A stretch of DNA of 64,000 nt from Balanoglossus misakiensis (lineage: Eukaryota > Animalia > Hemichordata). Shown piece after piece: positions 56,101 to 64,000 of the stretch. The stretch's first letter is position 1. Every line of letters begins with the position of its first letter. The notes under the pieces are model-generated. The model saw nothing but the letters and a program-made list of their open reading frames with translations. It did no database searches and was not told the DNA's origin. The stretch lies in NCBI GenBank assembly GCA_040954595.2, contig CM082579.2:10033625-10097624 (forward strand), given 5' to 3'. A program made the translations under genes and the position numbers.

Positions 56101-59100
56101 GGTCCTTCGAGGTAATAACCCTCGCCACAACTAAATCTGCACGTACTGTTGTAAGGCAAAGCCTCTCTATCAATCTGACAGTCGGTAGTGTTTGAGATAG
56201 TAGTGCTTGGAGTTGTCGCTGGTCTTGCACAGGTTTTTACTGAAATATGAAAGTTTGCACAATACTCAGCCAAGGCATTGACTAAAGAATACATCAGTTC
56301 AACTGAATAAAGTGAATTATGTCTACTAAAATTTTATAACACAATTCTTACTTTGGCATGTAGGTGTACCGGCATCCCAAGTTCTGTTCGCTGTACAAAA
56401 CACCACGATGTTTCCTATCAGTTCATACCCAACATTGCATTCAAAGTAACACTTGTCAGGGTAATGATGACCACACTCAATACCATCAATAAACTGTCCA
56501 TTGATTGGTGGCGTTAACACTGGACATTCCACAGCTGTTGGGAAACAATGGAATAACAACTTTTCATTAGAAAACCATACAATGCAAAAAATCGGCATGT
56601 GTTTAAAAATGCTGTGTTTTTGGTCATTTGTTGGTCTGGGAATAATATTTCAATCTACTATCTAGAAATAATGGGATAATTTGGTAATTATAATACTGCT
56701 TTCAAATTGACTTTAATCTATATTTGAATATTTAATAGTTTATGTTAAATTTCAGCATGAGTGCATGCGTGCGTTTGTGCGGCGTGTGTGTGTATATATG
56801 TGTATGTATGTGCTGCGAATTCCAGGTAAGATTTAATCTGAATACCCGCGGACACACGATGGCAACTTTTCTCCGCAATGAACGTGACTATATGATTGTT
56901 TTTATATGATACAGATACATTTGTTAGCATTAGTCTCTCGTAATATTTGAACACTTTACCCTGACATATGGGTGTGTCATCCGACCACTGTCCATTTGAA
57001 TTACATGTTGTTTGGTTACTTCCGATTAAGTCGTATCCTTCATTGCACTGGAATACGCATTCCGAACCATGAATGAACTCAACGTCACAAGTGACCGACA
57101 GATGTGATATGGTTGGAATGACTGGACAGGTCGTAACTGAAAGAAAATAAGTGAACTATCGGTTGATATAGGTTGGCGAGAAGTCGGTGTTCTGCTCTGT
57201 TGTTCTCGGTTACAAATGAAGCTCTCTGAAACTCTTAAGGCTGGTAGTGGTCAGAGGTATATATGTAGACTTGCATAGGATGCGCTTAATTCTACATTGA
57301 ATGACGTTAATCATTGATCGGATTTTGATGCCATTCCCATTCAGCCTCACTACCTATTCTCACAGTCCTCTCAATCAATTTACCTTTGACAAACACAGTG
57401 AATCTACACTGTGCGATGTTTCCAGCGCTATCTCTGGCTGAGTATATAATCACTGTATAACCACCATTGAAAATTGACCCAGGGGGGCTGCCTGCATCTT
57501 GAACTGCAGTGATGGATTCTCCTGAATTGTCGGTAACTTCAGGAACTGCCCAGTCTGCTGTGGCGTCTGACCTCCTGGCATCTGCCTCTACAGTCACTTG
57601 ACTTGGACATGAGGTAAATCGGGGTGGTTCGGTGTCTGAATAAGGATGGAAATGTGTTTATCTTTTAATATAGTAGACACATGCAAAAGCCAAATACACA
57701 TATATTTTTATGTCCAACCTTTTTTTAGAATTGCCCCGGTGAAATGACAGGGGTTTATATGTTCTTCAAATATAGCTGGGTACCTAGCTCAGTTCTATTT
57801 AAACCTTCCCTGTCAACATACACCTTCCCTGCCACTGACTGGGCTCCGTCTAAAGGAACGGGCCCCAGTGGTGGAAATGGGACAGCGGAACAGACTACTA
57901 CTCGAAACTAACGCTGCTTAGAACGGCTGCTGGACCTCACCTTGGCAAAAAAGTGCTGCAACCATATAATTTTATACAGTAGCGCATTTTATGTTTGGAA
58001 ATGGCACAACTCCAGAATAACGTTAAGAGAACGAGAAGACACCGTGATCATGACGGCAGCATTACAAAAATAGCATACGTGTATACTTACCAACACACGA
58101 CGGCTGTTGAGAACTCCATGTACCAGTTGTTCTGGTTGTTGTGTATGATGGTCCGGTGCACGTGACTGCAGCATGACCGGCAATACTGTATCCACTGACA
58201 CATCTATGGGTACATACACTCCCCTGTACGTTGTAATTGGTGCAACTCACAGAACCATGTTGTATACCAGAGAGTACGGGTTGACATCTGCGGGCTGATC
58301 AATATTCACGGGTTGAAATTGTCAAGCGCATGAAAATAGGGTAGCTTGTGGAGGTTGTGAGGTTCGCGAAGGCATTTCATGAAAGATTACTATTTTTATA
58401 TTAAAAAAGATACTTCGTATACAATAAAAAGTGTCGCCGACAGCGTGTAGCCTGTCTTATCTTACAATACCGTCTACCAACACAATTTATTGCAACTTCC
58501 TGCCTTTATTTAACATTTTCTCACTTTTTCATTTGGGCAGCGTCTTCTTACTAGTAAAGGCTTAACGCATTCTCAAATGTAGTTCTGGCCACAATGAAAA
58601 TATATTCTGTATTTTCACTCGGTGAAAATACAGCCTCATATCTTTACTGTTAGAACAATAGCACAGTGGCAATACAGGCGTGGCGTTGCAATTGCATGTA
58701 CGATAATAAGTAATATCCCACGAAAGGAAAGAATCTTACCCGTGCAAGCTGCAGTACTTCCAGACCAGTACATGTAATTAGTGCTGGTCTTATGACATTC
58801 GCGAATGGAACTACCACTCAGATAATAGCCCGGATTACAACTGTAGGTACATCTTGAACCATAGATGTAATTGTGGGAACAGCTAATAGATCCGTAATAT
58901 GGTCGATATAAAGTGGAGCATTTCCTTGCTGGAGGAAAAGAAGTTAAGGATAATATGAACACCCATATTTAAATAGATATCTCACGTGGATTTATATTTT
59001 TGAATTTCATCGCTTGTCATTTGAAGCTGTTTTGAATAAACTTTGAAAAGGGATGTTTTACGAGTATAACGACGTGACAGCAATCCTACTGCATATTACT

Positions 59101-60579
59101 TACTCGCCACAACAAAACTGAATGAACAGTAGGCTGTCCCTGCGGAGTTTTTCGCTTGATACTTGATGGATGTCCGACCAGTTGAGAAATAGGTTCCTGG
59201 ACCAGACCGAGAATTGGGCAACAGCTGCGTCACTCTGGGTTTGCGCAAATAAACAAACAATACAATCAACATATAGTTACATGGTCTTGTCACCATGGAT
59301 TGTGATATAGACTTTTAAACACATCAGAGGCTAACAATTTAAAAGATGCGCATGGTAAACGCAGTCTTTTATTGAGGGGTTAATCTGTATTTCGATACCG
59401 TTTCGAATATATGTACTGAGTTTGCGCAACATTTTCTTGCATGAGTAACACATATACGGAAATAAGCCTCCAATTTCGTTACAGTCAATAAATATCAGAA
59501 CTTTGATGGCCACACTGTATTAATTGATTTTTCATTTATTGCTTTGAGTTAAAATTAGAGGTGCTTGCATAGGGTGCTAATATGTCGAAGTTCAAACATG
59601 TTGCAGCCTTTTTAGCATTCCAAAGCCTACTTTAGGGAAAGCGGGCGTTTTGAGCCTGTTTAATTATCCACACACAAATTGCATTCCCAGTGTATAGGCC
59701 TACAGGTATATTTTAGTGCATGGATTTGAAAAAGAACGCAACTTGTCGCTATAAATACAGATATATACGGTGTACCACTGCCTGCGTGGAGTGACCGTGG
59801 GTGTACATACGTTGCTGACGATGGTGTCGCCGTCGGCCTCGTCCAATACACTCTTCTGCTGGTTGTCCGTCTGCTATCAATATACTGGGTTGGAAGATTA
59901 CCGGGACACGTCACAAAGCTTGCCCTCTTCACTGCGATGTTAAAAAAACGTATATGTGATAATAACACACCGCATTCATGATGCATCGTGATATTTGTAA
60001 GAATCAGTTCACAATATCAAGACGCGTCATTTATACGGCGTCGTCTGCCAGTGACAAAAGTAGTCGGCGGAGATCGTCTCCCTAGAGCTTCCAGAGAAAA
60101 GAGCGGTATTTCTCTCTTTGTCGGATTAGGGATTTCAGCACCTTGTGGATAGCAAAGAGTCACACAAAGAATGCAATTCACTGGTACGCCACGTTATTTC
60201 CCTCCTGTCATGGGAAATAGAATGCTGCTCTGGTAACTCATAATAATAAACAGGTGATATAGCCCTCATGGCCAGGCAATGTGTGTACAATATTAATTTG
60301 AAAAGTCAAAGTTGTCTTTTGTCACATCATGGTTAAAGATAGAGACAGGCGATCAGACGAGAAAAATAATTAATGCAAGAGCTCTTCAATTGTTTTTCTG
60401 TTGTAAGGAAACAATTAATTCTAGTGTGCATATTTCAAGACTTTTACAGTAAAATATTTCATATTCTGCGAACGCAATCTAGTTTCTGATAATTGGTGAC
60501 ATACCTGTCGGTGGTGGTGGCGGACTTCGTCTTCGACCCCACCAACTCCAACATCTGCGCCGGCGCCGACGCCGAACAT
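32172..60579 (-). CDS. Very large single-pass SVEP1/uninflatable-like protein: HYR and sushi array, SEA-like, 3x ephrin-receptor-like, ~20 EGF, pentraxin, EGF x2, TSP1, sushi, SEA-like, ephrin-receptor-like, TM, cytoplasmic tail
   Basis: More than 45 GT-AG exons. Junctions I checked were phase-compatible and had no stops. Stop TAG at 32172-32174. The 5' start is uncertain: either an in-frame ATG at 60655 or an unseen upstream exon. Confidence 0.88.
32615..32768 (-). CDS. Stalk and transmembrane exon
   Basis: [51 protein letters not shown], spliced in phase 2 to the final exon 32172-32355. Confidence 0.88.
33840..34280. mobile_element. MITE with TTAA TSD (piggyBac/Kolobok-like)
   Basis: TTAA|accccggtgcgg ... 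ccgcaccggggt|TTAA, a perfect 12-bp TIR. Confidence 0.85.
36132..36303 (-). CDS. Thrombospondin type-1 exon
   Basis: [41 protein letters not shown]. Confidence 0.92.
37632..38748 (-). CDS. Pentraxin-domain exons of the large gene
   Basis: FTLAFW, RWHSIALTWLGSNG and VSSVNLWN. Confidence 0.8.
39207..43907 (-). CDS. Notch/fibropellin-type calcium-binding EGF array, ~20 repeats
   Basis: Repeated NINEC.S.PC.NGG.C.D....Y.C.C..G..G..CE. Confidence 0.95.
44543..45717 (-). CDS. Three ephrin-receptor-like (GCC2/GCC3) cysteine-rich exons
   Basis: C..G.FS.TG.E.C..CP.G.YQ...GQ..C..CP..TTT pattern x3. Confidence 0.88.
45293..45368. mobile_element. Tc1/pogo-type MITE end remnant
   Basis: Repeated ggtg(g/a)cc(a/g)cta units ending ttgactg-TA. 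Confidence 0.45.
46805..59931 (-). CDS. Alternating sushi (CCP) and HYR exons
   Basis: C..L.PP.NG....C....Y...C.F.C..GY.L.G....C...G.W and D.EPP.F..CP....A......V.W..P...DN motifs, mostly one domain per phase 1-1 exon. Confidence 0.92.
53229..53383. repeat. 77-bp tandem duplication just downstream of a splice donor
   Basis: tggcaactattgtatgg...gccaaatct at 53229 and 53306. Confidence 0.9.
54993..55535. repeat. ~540-bp (TATG)n microsatellite
   Basis: Direct read, with one tac interruption near 55436. Confidence 0.98.
60505..60579 (-). CDS. Arg/Trp/Pro-rich N-terminal micro-exon (VRRRRRRCWSWWGRRRSPPPPT)
   Basis: ttcttgtag acceptor and CAG|gtatgt donor, phase 1-1, in frame with the HYR exon starting at 59931. 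Confidence 0.75.
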
Positions 60580-61348
60580 CTACAAGAACAACAACCCACA
60601 GGTAATCAATGTAAGATTTGCCAATACCCATCGTCATTGGCAATCTACCACGCATGCGGCGTCTTGCCTCGCTTCGATATTGGCTTAGTACACTTCGGCA
60701 TTCATTATTTGCCGCATTTCAGCATGCGTAACCAACTTCAAAAACGCTGTGAAAAATCCATTTCGGTAATTTTCCCTTACTTCAAAATACTGCAATATTT
60801 CGAGCAGAAATGTCTTATGTATCAAGCTATTGGTTCATAAGTTTTTATCCGTTTGCAATTATGTCTTCTGCAGGCCTTCATCATCATGCCGCGACATACG
60901 AATCGTAAAATGTCATTTGAAATCTTTTAATTTTGCACAGATTGAAAACAGATTGGAAAACTACAAAGTTACATAACAGAATAAAAACATATGGTTGACC
61001 AGCTAGAGCACTACGGGTGTACTTTACTATCACATGAACTGGCCCATATCACCACTTGTGTGACATAGACCAGGACTGATCAAAAATCCCTATCACCCCT
61101 GTTCTACGACATCAAAAGGAACTTTTCCACCGATTCACCGTAACTTTGTTGTCAAACAAAAAAGTACGTGTACTGGCATTTACAGAACAGAAACGAAGTA
61201 AAACAATGAAAGGTCCATGACAATATCGCTTGGTAAACTCAAAAGAGAAAGGTGGAATTCGGAAAGAAGACAGTCAACGCAACGATCGCGGACGCTTGTG
61301 GCTGTCACGGTATAGCCTAGGCACGAGTCCGGACGTCCCGAGTCAAGT

Positions 61349-61412
61349 TAGTCTGGTCCCCTGCCCCAATCCCACAGCGCAGCCAGCGGTGGGATTGGGG
61401 CAGGGGACCAGC
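61349..61412. mobile_element. Hairpin MITE (Academ-like tagtctgg end)
   Basis: Perfect 23-bp stem ctggtcccctgccccaatcccac/gtgggattggggcaggggaccag flanked by a gtcaagt direct repeat. An inverted partial copy lies at ~62365-62405. Confidence 0.7.
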
Positions 61413-64000
61413 GTCAAGTCGGCGTGGGGAATGGTTTCGAGCCAGTTCAACGTGACGACTGAAACTCTATATTCATTTACCCAGGGTGGACGTTGTCCGT
61501 TTTATCGGGGTGAATACGGAACACCAAACGGAATAAACTGCGAATTCGACGACAGTGACGCGTCCACTTTCCCCGCCAAAACGAAAGAAAGAAAACACCG
61601 TGACACCCACCTGTGCCCATACAATGAAAAACGGGTGCAGTGAGTGATGAGCGCCCTCGGACTACGTTATGTGCCGTTGTTATTGTTTTTATGTTTGGCT
61701 AAATCCCAACAGACGAGTCAGTTGCTCGACAATAATGTCTACCTGATGCAACAAATCAAAATTCATCACGTCATCGTTGCTAAATTGATAACACAGCCCC
61801 GCCCGTCGATAGAATTAGTAGTGCTAGCTGTTTTTCGAGCTTATTTCCCAAAATACAAAAAATAAATATATAATTCTATGTGTTTTTCTGTGGTTGACTT
61901 CATCGCATACTCGGTTTTCGTGGAGTCGAGCAAAAATATCTGAGCGTGTGCAAGGATCTGATCCTCACGACATATGCAGATATTTCTCTCAATATATAGG
62001 CCATTCAAACTGGCCAATGAAGCACTGACAGCAAAGTGGGTACAACTATAGACATCCGGAATTGGACGTAAATCTCGACCATCTGAAGAAACTTCCCCTG
62101 ACGAATAAATTTCCGCGTGAAAACGAAAGATGGAGAATATACTAAACTTGACGCTGTGGTACATCTTTATCAAACACGTTCGGCTCGGTGTCCGCGACGA
62201 AAAAAAACTAACTCGTACGGTAAAATTAATCTGCAGGAAAACTCAGGGCAGGAACACTCTGGGCATCTCTTCCTTGAAGTTCGGGAGCGAACATCTACAA
62301 CTTGAGATGGAAAATATATGGACTGTTGTTCCGTTCTCGCTCGCCGAAGACAGAAAACCTGTCCTGGTCTTGTCCCATGCCCCATTCCCACCGCTGGCTG
62401 CGCTACAATGGTGTAAACAGATGACGTCAAAGTGATATCGATCCGCACTGTGATTCGGCTTCGGCATATAGCCGATGCCTGTGCAAATAGTACGATTTTC
62501 GTCGAAACGGGATTTGCGGACCTCGGTCTTACAACGTCAGTGAGTTGTCCACCTTTTACCCAGAATGCAATAATTATAATGTGATTTGACCCCCTAGCGC
62601 GAAGTACAAATTACAGGTAGCCAGAATAATGGGCAATGGTTACGACAAGTCATTACGATGAGGGTGGACGAGAATGCAAACTGTGTATAAAAATGTTCAA
62701 ATAGTTGTATACTCTAGGCCCGAGGGGCTGGTGACATTTCATGTTTACCGTGAAAGAGACTAATCTCTTCAGAAGACGGCAAATTTTCCAGTACAATTGT
62801 GCCATTGTTGTATTACTGAGTAAGGTGGATAGGGTCACGGCGGTTCGTTTGCCTATTTTGACCGCAACTGACTCCTCATCAAGACTTCGCCTTAAAGAGC
62901 GAAAATTTTCACGAAAACACATGTAGACATACTAGGAAAGGAACAATGCGCAAACAGGAATGAATGGTGACCTATGACATGAATCGATGAACAACAAAAC
63001 GTCCACTTTGGTCCTGCACTAAATGTATGCTGTTGGTGTGCGCTGCGTGGGTTTCACTTGAAATCAGTACACAATGCTTTAGGATATCGAGTGTCTACAA
63101 AGACCTATTAATACTCCCAATACACCAACACTACAGTACAACAGCACGGCGCGGCGTATCCATATATTGTGCCTTTTGTGTACAATGTCTATAGGCCTAT
63201 GCCATTGTACAGACACAATATATTTAAATATCAATGCTTCGGGAAGCGAATGAGGAACAAACTTGACAAAAAGCAATATTTGAGAATTTGGGGCAGTTGA
63301 CAATTGATTGAAATCGTTTACGTACATCCTCATGGCCCTATATCAATCTGATTAAAATCAGATGTATGGAACGGCGACGTGGTTTTTTTTTATGCTGTCG
63401 CCTTCTATTGATTACTACGCAATGCACCAGACATAAAATATCACTGATTTAAAGTAGCGGCCCCTGTTTTATAAAGTTTATCATGGTCACTGTCTAAGTG
63501 GTCAGTGATCGATGTCCGTTGTTCCTTTGATATTTTGCGAGAATGCGTAAGATGGACAAAAGCGGGTGCGAACTCAGGCAGAACACTTCACGCTCGGAGT
63601 CATCTACCGGACCTGCCCAGCGCGTGACGAAGTATTCTATCAGTTAACGATGAAAAATGACATCCCAACTAACCCCTACAGAGTGTTTACTCAGACACGT
63701 GCCTCGCGTCTTGTCGTGTTCAGCAAGAGCGCACTAGCTCAGTTGACAACAGTGCCGTATCGACCGTTGAATCTTCAGAAACTAAACTGGGATGGGCCAT
63801 CGGAATTCACACTTGTCCTGGGATGTCATGGATTTTTGCTGCACCGCCCGCATAAAAATATGGAATCTGCCCACCATACGAACTTATTAGACTGGAGTGC
63901 CAATTTGATATGTCAACTCACTTTGACTTTCATCTTTTAAGATACATCATTGAAAAAAATATCAAAAGATGCATGCAATCCTTCTCCACTTTTGTTGCAT

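Noticed and set aside
61644-61865. Signal-peptide-like ORF MMSALGLRYVPLLLFLCLAKS
   Set aside because: It is on the wrong strand for the large gene, lies within repeat-like DNA, and has no downstream exons.

Overview
AT-rich, intron-rich animal genomic DNA. The SRCR, HYR, sushi, EGF, TRIM-NHL and CYP4 content suggests a marine invertebrate deuterostome such as a hemichordate (inference). I read the exons by hand, checking splice sites and phases. (1) A minus-strand gene at ~1196-26212 has a signal-peptide exon, 3 SRCR domains, pentraxin, HYR and a polycystin-1-like GAIN/GPS region. Its frame stops exactly at the GPS cleavage point (H-L-stop) because of a 10-bp duplication, and its third SRCR exon is split by a 2.6-kb TIR transposon. 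(2) Its apparent 10.5-kb first intron contains, on the opposite strand, a TRIM2/3-like filamin-NHL pseudogene and an intact 9-exon CYP4 gene. (3) A young 5'-truncated L1/Tx1 LINE with a 10-bp TSD is fused in frame to a flanking ATG. (4) A ~28-kb minus-strand single-pass SVEP1/uninflatable-like gene encodes HYR/sushi, ephrin-receptor-like, ~20 EGF, pentraxin, TSP1 and TM domains, and begins with an Arg/Trp-rich micro-exon. There are also several MITEs, short tandem duplications and microsatellites. No rRNA, tRNA or CRISPR was seen.
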